Below, piece after piece: positions 19,241 through 29,841 of a DNA stretch of 64,000 nucleotides. This stretch comes from a virus. The notes below the pieces were generated by a model that ran no database searches, was not told the DNA's origin, and saw only the letters and a program-made list of their open reading frames with translations. Within the stretch, counting starts at the first letter, position 1. Every line of letters begins with the position of its first letter. The stretch covers positions 1-64,000 of IMG/VR virus record IMGVR_UViG_3300042868_005641, one strand, 5' to 3'. The translations under genes were made by a program, and so were the position numbers.

Positions 19241-20298
19241 TGAAAACACTAAAAATTAATCCAATCAACCTCGTGGATGAATTCATGAGTCAATATCAGA
19301 TTTGGAAAGATCATGATAATTTCTACAATCAAAGTTCAAATATTGTTGATATACAGAAAAGTGATAGCGGCATACCTTGTTTTAATTATCAAGAAATTGG
19401 CGCTATAAATCAGTGCAACGCTCCATTGATAGCAATCGACTGTTTGACTGAGGGCAAGCACTCAGTCCGGTGGTTTAACCAATACAACACAGACAAGCAC
19501 TATATCATATTTGCCAACGAATCACATTGTGCGCCAGAAGATCTCAATTTAAAAATATCCTATACTTGGATACCTCACTATTTCTTTTTATTTCTAATGG
19601 CTGACACATATAACACTCCATGGAAATTTTGTTTTTATATTGACAAATTGTACAAATTTGATTATCCAAAGCCCATGCAATTTGTATCCACCACTGGTGA
19701 TATAAGACCAGAGAGATCCTATCTTAAAAATCAGCTGATCGAACACATCAAATACAAAAATTTTATTTTTAGATATAGCGGAGTTGATTATGGAGTTCAA
19801 GCCGATTCATTTGATGTGGTTAGTTTTGATAAAACTGAATTTAATCCTTACCGACCGATATTAGAAAAATACTATCATAACATAGGTCAAACGTTGCCTA
19901 TAAACATGTACAATCAGGCCTGTTTCAATCTTGTGGTGGAGACTGACATTGATTATCAGTATGGGTTTTTACTGTCAGAAAAAACCATCAAGTGTCTAAT
20001 CACTGGAATGCCGTTTGTAATTGTGTCAACTCCGTATTTTTTAAAACATCTCAAAGAATTAGGATTCTACACGTACAGTGAGTTATGGGATGAAAGTTAC
20101 GACGAGTTAGACTATACCAAACGCATTGATAAAATAGTTGATCTATGCAATAATCTTGACTCATTTGACTGGGCAGCAAATAGGTCTGCGCTGGAGCTAA
20201 TTGGGTTAAAAAACAGATGCAACTTTCTAAATCTAAATCAGGTTATAAGTAAAAGTTTTCAACAATTTGAACAGGCAATATTGGAGTTAACAGTATGA
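19240..20298 (+). CDS. GT-B/GT10-like hypothetical protein (paralog 1 of 4)
   Basis: FNLVVET...SEKTIK...PFV...LKELGF.T....DESYD motif. Confidence 0.55.
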   Translation: MKTLKINPINLVDEFMSQYQIWKDHDNFYNQSSNIVDIQKSDSGIPCFNYQEIGAINQCNAPLIAIDCLTEGKHSVRWFNQYNTDKHYIIFANESHCAPEDLNLKISYTWIPHYFFLFLMADTYNTPWKFCFYIDKLYKFDYPKPMQFVSTTGDIRPERSYLKNQLIEHIKYKNFIFRYSGVDYGVQADSFDVVSFDKTEFNPYRPILEKYYHNIGQTLPINMYNQACFNLVVETDIDYQYGFLLSEKTIKCLITGMPFVIVSTPYFLKHLKELGFYTYSELWDESYDELDYTKRIDKIVDLCNNLDSFDWAANRSALELIGLKNRCNFLNLNQVISKSFQQFEQAILELTV

Positions 20299-20645
20299 TC
20301 AAAGGACTAATGGGCGATATGTATGTACACGTAAGTGGTGGTGATACCAGTTTACCATACGTGACACAAAACACAAACAATCCTATACAAGGCATGATGC
20401 GGGTTAACGGCAATCTTTTGGAAACATTTGACGGATCTAGATGGATCCAGATAAACTCCAGTTACGCAACTGTGAGCCTTACTGCAACATATCAAGCGGC
20501 CATGAACTGGGTTATTGACAAAATGGAAGAAGAACAACAGATGAAAGCATTGGCCGAACAACATACAGCAATTGCTGATCTAGTGGATGCAGTGGACCGA
20601 GCACAAGAACAACTGCGAATGACAGCAGCATTGGTTAAGATATGA
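20295..20645 (+). CDS. Hypothetical phage protein
   Basis: ATGA overlaps on both sides. Confidence 0.6.
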   Translation: MIKGLMGDMYVHVSGGDTSLPYVTQNTNNPIQGMMRVNGNLLETFDGSRWIQINSSYATVSLTATYQAAMNWVIDKMEEEQQMKALAEQHTAIADLVDAVDRAQEQLRMTAALVKI

Positions 20646-21193
20646 GCGCAGACATTGATATTGACGTGCCCAATAGGGATGCTGTGCTGGCATTGATCGA
20701 GCACACAGCCGCACGACAAAGTAATGGAAAAAAGCACAACTCAGGAATCTACATCACACACATACCACGTGATCCTGTGCTAGGATGCGCAGCCATAGAC
20801 TATGAAACAGCAGAAGCAAGAGGCTATTTCAAGATCGACTTGTTGAACATGAGTGTGTACAACTTGATTCGTGACACTACACACTATGAACAGATGCTTG
20901 CAGCTACTCCGCCGTGGGATAGATTGTGGTCAGATCCTACGTGGGCCAGTCAACTGGTACATATAGGCAACTATCAAGCATTACTAAAGAGTATGCGCCC
21001 AGATTCGATTCCTAGAATGGCAGCGTTTATCAGTGTGATACGTCCAGGCAAAGCACACTTGCAGAACCAGTCTTGGCCTACAGTATTTGACTCAGTGTGG
21101 GACGGTGATGACAGCAGAGGCTATACATTTAAGAAAGCTCATGCTGTGGGATATGCAGCTTTGGTTGCGCTACATATGAATTTGTTGAACTAA
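20642..21193 (+). CDS. Miniature DnaE (Pol III alpha, family C)-like protein
   Basis: [23 protein letters not shown] and [11 protein letters not shown] appear in DnaE order within 183 aa. Confidence 0.75.
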   Translation: MSADIDIDVPNRDAVLALIEHTAARQSNGKKHNSGIYITHIPRDPVLGCAAIDYETAEARGYFKIDLLNMSVYNLIRDTTHYEQMLAATPPWDRLWSDPTWASQLVHIGNYQALLKSMRPDSIPRMAAFISVIRPGKAHLQNQSWPTVFDSVWDGDDSRGYTFKKAHAVGYAALVALHMNLLN

Positions 21194-21715
21194 TTTACAA
21201 TTATCATTATGCCAACGATTGATATTAGTTAAAATACTAATAAATCCACAATGTATGCAAGAGTGTTTTTGTTTTTGTTTTGCTTTTTCTCTAATTTTTT
21301 CTTTGTGTGATTCTGACTTTGGCTTACCAACCAATGCTGCACTGATTTTATTTGATCCGGTTTGTTTACGACCAAACATAGGATTTAAATTACCAACTCT
21401 AGTACCGGTCATTGTCAGACTACGCCGTTGTCTAGTTTTGTTAGATTGCTTAACTCCGCCTGCACCATCTCCACCATCAGTCTGATTTTGTAAAATGCCA
21501 GTGCCTAAGTCTTTTCTACCCCACCAACGTATAAGTCGGCGTTCTATGGCACAAGCACCTATGTCTGTTAAATTTGATTCGAGTATTATTATTCGTGTTG
21601 ATTCTTTTGGCACGGCAACTCGATGTTTTTCTGTTGCTCTGCGGCCTTTACCTTTACCGATATAATAAGGCGTGCCATCTTTGCGTAGATAGGCATAAAC
21701 GTAGTAAATATGCAT
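21170..21715 (-). mobile_element. Free-standing GIY-YIG homing endonuclease with NUMOD3-like repeats
   Basis: YVYAY...[36 protein letters not shown]. It is on the opposite strand and overlaps the end of the mini-DnaE gene. Confidence 0.85.
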
Positions 21716-21788
21716 GCTGTGATTCCTTTCAATCATAGAGTAGTTGGATATTTCCAGTATCGCGAACTACACCCTTATTTAGTATATT

Positions 21789-22166
21789 TTACTCAATACG
21801 CCTCACCAGGGTAATTGATTTTCGCTTGCCTTTTCTACGGGCAATGTCATTGAGACTGCACACAGGACCATGTAGTATTTCCAAGTCTTTGTTTACAAAG
21901 GTTCGTAAACAACTGCGAAATTCGTCCCATTCACCACGTAGGAATATGTTGATAGGAATGCTGCGATTAGATTCCCACCACCAGGTGTTGGCAAGATCCA
22001 AGTATCGACGTTTTTGCTCTAGATCTTTTACATTTCCAAAGTCATAAATGGTGGTGATTATATCATCTCTGTTCTGTACAATGCCCACATATTCGTTGGT
22101 GGCGTACATACACAGCGTTATAAACGGATATTTGTCTGCAAGTTTTTGAAATAAGTCTCGGCCCAT
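21789..22166 (-). CDS. Hypothetical phage protein
   Basis: Clean ORF preceded by TATAAATA on the minus strand (22183-22190). Confidence 0.65.
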   Translation of the reverse strand: MGRDLFQKLADKYPFITLCMYATNEYVGIVQNRDDIITTIYDFGNVKDLEQKRRYLDLANTWWWESNRSIPINIFLRGEWDEFRSCLRTFVNKDLEILHGPVCSLNDIARRKGKRKSITLVRRIE

Positions 22167-22226
22167 ATTGTACTAGTTCGGATATTTATACCCGGAGACT
22201 CTAGGTAAATATCATTGGAGCACCAT

Positions 22227-23315
22227 ATGTATTCAACTCAGATCTATATCTATCAGCAAATCCAACGAGTGTTGGTCTTGGATTCCAGCGGTGCTTATTT
22301 TGACCGGAGGTGGGACCCAGTGTACGCTAAAAAATTAACCATCAACAAAGGTGTTGACAATGTGATCTTGTTTGAATTTGTTAATCAAGATCAAAAGCCT
22401 GTGAACATCACAGGATCAGAATTACGATTCAAGTTGATCAATCTAGCAGGTACTGCTCAGTTGATTGAAAAAGACATGGTCATTATTAATGCACAGTACG
22501 GCCGTGCCAAAGTCACGTTAACCTCTGCTGAAACTTCTGAATTTCCACCAGATCCAAGCAGCTATAGTATTGAACGTGCCAGTGGCAATCTAGTAGAAGC
22601 TGTGTTTGTGGATGCGCAAGCCCAGGCTCGTGGTGATGTGGACATTGTAGACAGCGTAAAGCCTGCTTTTGTGCCTAGCCAATTGGTGACTATACCTAAC
22701 ATCTACGGGCCAGAAGCATTCCTAGATCCTGTATTCAGTGCCAACTACCCAGACTGGGCATTAAATCCACCAGGCGCATATGGAAATGTTTACAATGATC
22801 CACAACGATTCAGTAGCCATGTAAACAGTAATGGTTCTAGCTTGACTACGTTTCAGATGGAGATGGATCATTTCACTGGCAATGTCAAGGCACAAGGTGC
22901 TCAAACATATGAATCAGTCTGGGTTGATGTTACTGAACAACAAAGTTACTACAACAAAACTGGTACAGACTATATCAATGTATTAGGATATCATCCTTTG
23001 TTAAGACTTGTGGCAGATCAATGGCCGGGCACAGAACAGGTACAATTAGCCACAGCCACAGCGTATGGTGCAAATGGTGTAATTACATCTATCACAGTGA
23101 CGCAGTCTGGATATGGATATCTAGCACCACCGCGTGTGAATATTATTGGCCTGGGTGCAGGTGCTGTAGCCGAAGCAGAAATTGAAGGTAACTCAGTAAG
23201 TGCCATAAATGTTATTAATGGTGGGCAAGGGTATGTATCCAATCCACAACAAAGCAATCAGATTGCTGCGGTCAGTCTCAATCGTGGAGCCATTACAAGC
23301 ATACTAGTTAGATGA
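22227..23315 (+). CDS. Probable virion structural protein
   Basis: TAAATA box at 22206, GGAG RBS; BppU-like N-terminus and I.VT..G.GY..PP repeats typical of virion proteins. Confidence 0.55.
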   Translation: MYSTQIYIYQQIQRVLVLDSSGAYFDRRWDPVYAKKLTINKGVDNVILFEFVNQDQKPVNITGSELRFKLINLAGTAQLIEKDMVIINAQYGRAKVTLTSAETSEFPPDPSSYSIERASGNLVEAVFVDAQAQARGDVDIVDSVKPAFVPSQLVTIPNIYGPEAFLDPVFSANYPDWALNPPGAYGNVYNDPQRFSSHVNSNGSSLTTFQMEMDHFTGNVKAQGAQTYESVWVDVTEQQSYYNKTGTDYINVLGYHPLLRLVADQWPGTEQVQLATATAYGANGVITSITVTQSGYGYLAPPRVNIIGLGAGAVAEAEIEGNSVSAINVINGGQGYVSNPQQSNQIAAVSLNRGAITSILVR

Positions 23316-24046
23316 AATATAAAAAAATTGTAGGATTTGGTGATTCGTGGATGTATGGTGACGAGTTGTTGGATCCAGAGTTGGTGCTAACCCACTCAGA
23401 TGCACACTCATGTTGGATACAAAATAATACATATCGAACTAATCATAATTTTTTAGGCTTGCTTGGTAAACATTACAATGTGCCTGTTGAAAATTTTGGC
23501 ATCCCGGGTGGCTCAATGCAAAGTTCAATATGGACATTTCAATGGTGGTTGGACCATGAACCCAACCCTGAAGAATGTTTGGTATTGGTAGGACATACAG
23601 ATTCAGACAGACTTAGTTTTTATAATCCCAATCATCGCAGTTACGATAATGATCCGCCTTGGAACAAGTTTATACATTCCACATGGGTAGAATTTGGAAG
23701 CAGTGTAGTACCTGAAGAATTCCGCACAATGATTAAACAACAATTGGTACTGACCAACTGTGCAGCACTGTCAAGATTGAATTATCAACAGACTGTGATG
23801 TTTTTTGACGGAGTCTCTGCTAGACATAACATACCCATTATGCAATTTCACGTCATGCCTGCCGAGTGCGAAATGAAAAATACTCCTACTATAATTTGGC
23901 CCGGCTTTGCAACTACACTTTGGTTCCGAGACCATCCAGGAAATCGAAATCGTGAACTGATCAAAGCAGGCGGTCATCCCAACGAGATTGGGCATGTAAT
24001 GATTACTGAAAAGTTGATTTCTACCATAGACTCTGCTACAATGTAA
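23312..24046 (+). CDS. SGNH/GDSL hydrolase-like protein
   Basis: GFGDSW, NFGIPG, GHPNEIGH. Confidence 0.7.
   Translation: MKYKKIVGFGDSWMYGDELLDPELVLTHSDAHSCWIQNNTYRTNHNFLGLLGKHYNVPVENFGIPGGSMQSSIWTFQWWLDHEPNPEECLVLVGHTDSDRLSFYNPNHRSYDNDPPWNKFIHSTWVEFGSSVVPEEFRTMIKQQLVLTNCAALSRLNYQQTVMFFDGVSARHNIPIMQFHVMPAECEMKNTPTIIWPGFATTLWFRDHPGNRNRELIKAGGHPNEIGHVMITEKLISTIDSATM
24014..24042 (+). promoter_or_regulatory. sigma70-type promoter for primase, leaderless
   Basis: TTGATT-N17-TACAAT with TG extension; ATG 6 nt downstream. Confidence 0.6.
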
Positions 24047-24048
24047 GG

Positions 24049-25026
24049 ATGCTAGACATCCTTGGATATTTGCCGGCGAAACGAAAATCTACTCCGTCGG
24101 GCTGGGTAAGTTTCAACGCAGTATGTTGTCAACATAACAGCAGTACCAAAGACACACGCAGCCGCGCTGGCCTTAAATCTTCAGAACAAGGTTGGACATA
24201 TCATTGCTTCAACTGCAACTACACCGCTAGCTTTATCCTTGGCCGTACATTAAGTTATAAGGCCCGCAGGCTCTTGGGTTGGATGGGTGTGCCCGACGCT
24301 GAAATTGATATGCTGAACTTAGAAAGTCTAAGACATCGGGGCATATACGGCATCATCGACGATAGACAACGTACATTTGATGTACTAGCAGGCATAGAGT
24401 TTACTGAACAAGAACTACCTCCACTTACTGAGTTGTTGACCGACAATAACGAACTTAGAAAGTATCTACGTAATCGACAAGTACCCGAAGATTACCCTGC
24501 GTTGATCTTTAAGAATCATAGCAACCATCGACCGGCAGTGATCATACCATTTACACATCACAGTCGTGTGGTAGGGCACACTGAGAGGTACTTGGATAAC
24601 AAAAAACCCAAATATATTAGCAATAGCCAACCAGGTTATGTGTTTGGTACAGATTTGCAGCATAATGATTGGACCAATGTAATTGTGACAGAAGGCGTAT
24701 TTGATGCCCTGTGCATTGGTGGCCTAGCTGTGATGCACAGTACAATATCTGATCAGCAGGCTAGATTGATTCGCAGTTTAGGTAAAGAGATTACTGTGGT
24801 ACCAGACCAGGACCTAGCAGGTATGGAACTTGTGGACCGTGCTGTGGAACTAGGATGGGCAGTAAGTATGCCACCTTGGCCTGCGGACATCAAGGATGTG
24901 AATGACAGTGTGGTTCGTTACGGTCGGCTTGCAACTCTACTAACTATATTTGAAAATCGTGAAACCAGCCGAATCAAAATAGAAATGAAAAAAAGAAATC
25001 TTTTAAAGAAACTCAATGATGAATAA
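24049..25026 (+). CDS. DNA primase (zinc-binding plus TOPRIM)
   Basis: CCQH...HCFNC, PKY, VTEGVFDA, PDQD, KDVND. Confidence 0.9.
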   Translation: MLDILGYLPAKRKSTPSGWVSFNAVCCQHNSSTKDTRSRAGLKSSEQGWTYHCFNCNYTASFILGRTLSYKARRLLGWMGVPDAEIDMLNLESLRHRGIYGIIDDRQRTFDVLAGIEFTEQELPPLTELLTDNNELRKYLRNRQVPEDYPALIFKNHSNHRPAVIIPFTHHSRVVGHTERYLDNKKPKYISNSQPGYVFGTDLQHNDWTNVIVTEGVFDALCIGGLAVMHSTISDQQARLIRSLGKEITVVPDQDLAGMELVDRAVELGWAVSMPPWPADIKDVNDSVVRYGRLATLLTIFENRETSRIKIEMKKRNLLKKLNDE

Positions 25027-26089
25027 ATTTACCAATCTAGACCAATTTAGAAAAACTGGCGATGTGTTTACAATGTCCTATATCTATTCAGGCATCGCAG
25101 CATATTTTTCGCAACAAAACAAATTCAACCAACTGGAATTTACATCTAGCGCAAATACTATTTTCTGTAGAGATTGGGATACCAATTTTGTTGATAGCGA
25201 TCCCACTGAACAAAAATATTTTGGACTTGTGAATGAAGCACACATTGATTATTGGTTTCCGGTTGAAGAATGGAAGAATGTCATATTGATAACTGGTCAC
25301 GAACATGTTCGTTATTATCCAAATAATATCAAAAGTATAGGATTTAATCGATGGGACATAGTGATTCAACAGAACTTCTCTAATCCAGTGGTACGCAATG
25401 AAGTCAATCGTCAAGAACTATCAATAGCCGAATATGATGTGTTGTGCTTGGTCGGTCGACCAAGAGATCATAGACTTGAATTTTTATTGAATTTGCAATG
25501 CAACAGTAGCGGACTCAAGATTGTGACTGACAGTAATCAACAGATCTTGGATACAGAATATCGCACCACAGCATTGGGATTTGAATCTTTTTTTAACAAA
25601 TGTGATATTGACAAATTTAATTCTTACCAGGGATTTTCCAGTTTCTACCAGGCCGAGGATAAAATTTATCTAGACCACCAACCGCACAAGGACATGTATG
25701 GGTCTTGTAGAGTCAATGTGGTACTAGAAACCACTGTGTATGATGTGAAAAAACCTTTTCTGAGCGAAAAGACTTGGAAAGCATTAGCGCATCGTAGACC
25801 ATTTGTGATACTTGGAGATACCAACAGTATATCTACATTGAAAGAAAAGGGATTTAAAACTTTTGGTAATTTCTGCGACGAATCATACGACTCTGAACCA
25901 GATTTAAGCAAGAGAATCAAAATGGTAGCAGTGGCCATGCATCAATTGGTGTCTGCTTGTAAAACCCATGCCAACGAAATAGATAAAATTTGTAAGCACA
26001 ATCAGGAATTGTTCTTTGATGCCAATCGAACTAATTCAGATCTTGCAGCATTTGGTAAGCTGTGTCTGGATGAATTGTATAATATATAA
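25016..26089 (+). CDS. GT-B/GT10-like hypothetical protein (paralog 2 of 4)
   Basis: VNVVLET...LSEKTWK...PFV...LKEKGFKTF...DESYD. Confidence 0.55.
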   Translation: MMNKFTNLDQFRKTGDVFTMSYIYSGIAAYFSQQNKFNQLEFTSSANTIFCRDWDTNFVDSDPTEQKYFGLVNEAHIDYWFPVEEWKNVILITGHEHVRYYPNNIKSIGFNRWDIVIQQNFSNPVVRNEVNRQELSIAEYDVLCLVGRPRDHRLEFLLNLQCNSSGLKIVTDSNQQILDTEYRTTALGFESFFNKCDIDKFNSYQGFSSFYQAEDKIYLDHQPHKDMYGSCRVNVVLETTVYDVKKPFLSEKTWKALAHRRPFVILGDTNSISTLKEKGFKTFGNFCDESYDSEPDLSKRIKMVAVAMHQLVSACKTHANEIDKICKHNQELFFDANRTNSDLAAFGKLCLDELYNI

Positions 26090-26098
26090 GGAAAAATC

Positions 26099-27535
26099 TT
26101 GTTAAAAGACTACGGAATTGAAGTACAAAAGTTATTTCTGGAAATGATGCTAGAGGACGCACAAGGCTATGTGCGTGTGCAGAACATTTATAATCCAGAG
26201 AACTTTGATAGAAGTTTGAGGCCAGCTGCTGAGTTTCTTAAAGAGCATGGAGACAAATACAAAACACTTCCTGATCGAGCACAGATATCAGCCACAACAG
26301 GAGTGAAACTTCAACCAGTTCCTGAGCTGAATGAAGGACACTTTGAATGGTTCATGAATGAGTTTGAAGCATTTACTAGACGTCAAGAGTTGGAACGTGC
26401 AATTCTCAAAGCAGCAGACTTGTTGGAGAAGGGCGACTATGATCCAGTAGAGAAGCTGATCAAGGATGCTGTGCAAATATCATTGACCAAGGATATGGGC
26501 ACTGATTACTTTGCTGATCCCAAAGGACGCATCGAAAAGTATTTCAACTCTGGCGGGCAAGTTAGCACAGGATGGCCGCAGATGGATAGGCTGCTGTATG
26601 GCGGGTTCAGTCGCGGAGAACTCAATATCTTTGCAGGTGGATCAGGATCAGGTAAAAGTCTTGTGATGATGAACATAGCATTGAACTGGGTACAGTCAGG
26701 ATTGAGCGGAGTATATATTACATTGGAGTTGAGTGAAGAACTTACATCTCTAAGAACTGATGCCATGCTCACAAACATGAGCACTAAAGATATTCGCAAG
26801 GACATTGATACTACAGAACTCAAAGTCAAAATGGTAGGTAAGAAATCTGGTAACTATCAAGTGAAAGGGTTGCCGGCTCAGAGCAACATCAATGACATTC
26901 GTGCTTACTTGAAAGAATATCAAATTCAAACTGGCAAGCGTGTGGACTTTGTAATGATCGACTATTTGGACTTGTTAATGCCAGTGAGTGCAAAGGTAAG
27001 TCCTAATGACTTGTTTGTAAAAGACAAGTATGTGAGTGAAGAACTGCGTAACTTGGCCAAGGAGTTACAGATACTAATGGTCACTGCATCACAGTTGAAT
27101 CGATCAGCAGTGGAAGAAGTAGAATTTGATCACAGTCATATTTCAGGTGGTATCTCAAAGATCAACACAGCAGACAATGTGTTTGGTATCTTTACCAGCA
27201 GACAAATGAAAGAACGTGGCAAGTATCAAATTCAATGTATGAAGTCACGTAGTTCAACCGGTGTAGGACAAAAGATTGACTTAGAATACGATATTGATAC
27301 CATGCGTATTACTGACGCAGGAGGAGAAGATGGTGAAAACTCATTCCGGAAACCTAGCCTAATGGATTCAATCAAGGCAAAAACATCAGTCACTCCAACT
27401 GAGTCGACTGCTTCTGCCAGTGGGTGGGAACGGGCAAAACCCAAAGACGGGCACGATCCTCTTGCTCCAAAAGTTTCCGCAGATGTACAAAGTACCAAAC
27501 TCAAGCAATTGTTGGGTAAGATCAAAACAAACTAA
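26099..27535 (+). CDS. Replicative DnaB-family helicase (gp41-like)
   Basis: GGSGSGKS, ITLEL, IDYLDL, ASQLNR, MKSR; TTG start with AAGGA RBS. Confidence 0.92.
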   Translation: MLKDYGIEVQKLFLEMMLEDAQGYVRVQNIYNPENFDRSLRPAAEFLKEHGDKYKTLPDRAQISATTGVKLQPVPELNEGHFEWFMNEFEAFTRRQELERAILKAADLLEKGDYDPVEKLIKDAVQISLTKDMGTDYFADPKGRIEKYFNSGGQVSTGWPQMDRLLYGGFSRGELNIFAGGSGSGKSLVMMNIALNWVQSGLSGVYITLELSEELTSLRTDAMLTNMSTKDIRKDIDTTELKVKMVGKKSGNYQVKGLPAQSNINDIRAYLKEYQIQTGKRVDFVMIDYLDLLMPVSAKVSPNDLFVKDKYVSEELRNLAKELQILMVTASQLNRSAVEEVEFDHSHISGGISKINTADNVFGIFTSRQMKERGKYQIQCMKSRSSTGVGQKIDLEYDIDTMRITDAGGEDGENSFRKPSLMDSIKAKTSVTPTESTASASGWERAKPKDGHDPLAPKVSADVQSTKLKQLLGKIKTN

Positions 27536-27568
27536 AAACCAATAAATAAGTCAAGGGCCCTTAACCAC

Positions 27569-27814
27569 ATGCAGAAACGAACTCGTAGCTTATTAGAAGA
27601 ATTAGATTCTATGTATATTGAGCGTGAGCGCGACCTAGTGATAGAGAGCCGAGCTGCAAATATTATTGCTGGTGCTATTAATCTACTGGAACAGATTGAT
27701 GCCTCCTATACCCAAGAACAAGCAGAAAATTTAACACGCAAATTACTCAATGCTATCCGTACTCGTGACGCAGGAAAATTTGCCAGAACAGTGAGGCGCA
27801 GTGATGCAAATTAA
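27569..27814 (+). CDS. Hypothetical late protein
   Basis: TAAATA at 27543; RSLLEEL N-terminus. Confidence 0.6.
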   Translation: MQKRTRSLLEELDSMYIERERDLVIESRAANIIAGAINLLEQIDASYTQEQAENLTRKLLNAIRTRDAGKFARTVRRSDAN

Positions 27815-29780
27815 ACAGCTACTTGAAGGTGGCAACGTATTCAAAACCAAATCGGGTGAACCATTAACCCAACGTATCAATCTGCAAGATGTGCCAGCCA
27901 CAATTGACTGGATTGAACAAGTAACTGGCATAGACTTTACCACAGAAAAAGGCTCAGACGGAATCCCGTTACGCTGGTTGGGCAGCACTGGTAAAAAGCC
28001 CACGTCGGGCGACTTGGATTTAGCTGTGGATCTCAATGAAATCAGCAAAGAACAATTGGCTGCTATACTCACACAGTTTGTGCAAAGTCAAGGACTTGAT
28101 CCTAGAGAATGGGTCAAAAAAAGCGGTGAAGTACATTTACGCACACCTATTGGCGGAGATGCTAACAAAGGCTTTGTACAAACAGATTTTATGTTCTTTC
28201 CTAACTTGGATTGGGGACAGTTCTTTTATGCAGGTGGTACAGATTCAGCATACAAAGGTATGAATCGTAATGTACTCATGAGCAGCATAGCCAAACAACA
28301 GGGGCTCAAAGTAGGTGCCAATGGTATGTTTTCGCGTACATCGAATCAACTGGTTGATGGCGGTATGGATCCTGACTATGTGGCCAGTGTGCTGCTAGGC
28401 CAAGGGGCCGACCGTGAGAATCTAAAGAACGTGGAATCTATCTATGCTGCATTGGCACAAGATCCTGCACGAGATACCAAGCTAGCCGACTTCCGTGAAT
28501 ATCTCTCACGTGAAGGACTACAAGAGCCTGCTACCACAGTCAAAGAAAATGATGTGAATTTCCTAGCACGCCTGCGTGATCGAATTGTAAATCAAGGTAT
28601 GATGCCATTGATTGAAACCAAGAAAGCATATGAACTATACGAACAAGAACCTGCTGCTATAGGTGGCAAAGCCAAAGGCATTGAGCACCTGGAAGATTAC
28701 ATATTCCGTAGCGGAACAGCTGGAGTTGATCGAGCATTGGCCATTGCAGATTCATTCTACACCAATCCCAAAACTGGATCAGTAAAATGGGACGGCAAAC
28801 CTGCTGTGGTGTTTGGTCGCAAACCAGAAACTGGTGAATTTGTGCTCACCGATGATGCTGGATTCACTGCTGCTGGATACGATGGCTTGTTTACTAGCCC
28901 AGACGCTATTGCTGATGATATGGCTCGACGAGACGCTAATGCAGCGGCCAAAGGCAATGTGGCCACTAGAGTCAATACATTGTTGCCGGTGTATCAGACC
29001 ATATGGCCTTATCTCGAAGCAGCTACCCCTACCAACTTCCGTGGGTTTGTCAAAGGGGATCTATTGTACATACAGACTCCTCCTACCGAAGCTGGCAACC
29101 TGGTATTTCAACCCAACACTGTGCAGTATCGTATTCCTGCCAACAGCAAGTTAGGACAGCAAATTGCCAACAGCGATGTGGGTGTAGCAGTGCATACCAT
29201 GTATGAAGATGCAGGTGCGGCTAAACAACCTCTCAGTAGAGTTAAGTTTAATCCTGTACCTGGACTATTACTAATCGAACCAATCTATGCTAAACCAGTG
29301 CCAAAGAATGATGCCATAACAAAAGAGATTAAAAAGCTGTTACGTCAAAATCGAGCAGCATTAGACACATTGTTTAATCCAACAGAGCTGCGGGCCATGA
29401 AGATAACTGATTTGGCTAAACTTGCAATTGACTATATCAACAAACGTGTGGATCCTAATCATGCAGCATACACTGGAGATTTCGGCGATCTAGTACCAGG
29501 ATTCTTGTCTTGGTTACAGCAGACCCAAACTCCGCAAAAAGTCAACAACATTGCACAATACCTACGTAGCCCTACTTCAAATGAACAAGCATTAGCAGCA
29601 GCATTCTTGTTGTTTGAATTGTTGCATGATTTGAAACTGGATCTGTTGGGACAACTGGATGCGCAAGTACCAGGCAACGAAGGATGGGTGTTTGCTACCC
29701 CTGCAGGCTATGGTAAGGCTGTGAATAGATTTGATTTCACAGCTAGAAACAAAGCAAGAAACAACCCGCCAACTGAGTAA
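27804..29780 (+). CDS. Two-domain late protein: Pol-beta-superfamily nucleotidyltransferase plus ligase-like (KxDG) domain
   Basis: LGSTGKKPTSGDLDLAVD and VQTDFM; then VKWDG, KGDLLY, NEGWV, KAV. Confidence 0.6.
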   Translation: MQIKQLLEGGNVFKTKSGEPLTQRINLQDVPATIDWIEQVTGIDFTTEKGSDGIPLRWLGSTGKKPTSGDLDLAVDLNEISKEQLAAILTQFVQSQGLDPREWVKKSGEVHLRTPIGGDANKGFVQTDFMFFPNLDWGQFFYAGGTDSAYKGMNRNVLMSSIAKQQGLKVGANGMFSRTSNQLVDGGMDPDYVASVLLGQGADRENLKNVESIYAALAQDPARDTKLADFREYLSREGLQEPATTVKENDVNFLARLRDRIVNQGMMPLIETKKAYELYEQEPAAIGGKAKGIEHLEDYIFRSGTAGVDRALAIADSFYTNPKTGSVKWDGKPAVVFGRKPETGEFVLTDDAGFTAAGYDGLFTSPDAIADDMARRDANAAAKGNVATRVNTLLPVYQTIWPYLEAATPTNFRGFVKGDLLYIQTPPTEAGNLVFQPNTVQYRIPANSKLGQQIANSDVGVAVHTMYEDAGAAKQPLSRVKFNPVPGLLLIEPIYAKPVPKNDAITKEIKKLLRQNRAALDTLFNPTELRAMKITDLAKLAIDYINKRVDPNHAAYTGDFGDLVPGFLSWLQQTQTPQKVNNIAQYLRSPTSNEQALAAAFLLFELLHDLKLDLLGQLDAQVPGNEGWVFATPAGYGKAVNRFDFTARNKARNNPPTE

Positions 29781-29841
29781 TTTTTTGTCAGATTCATAAA
29801 TAAGTGTAGGGCAAAAACCCACTTACTTAGGAGATTTTAAA

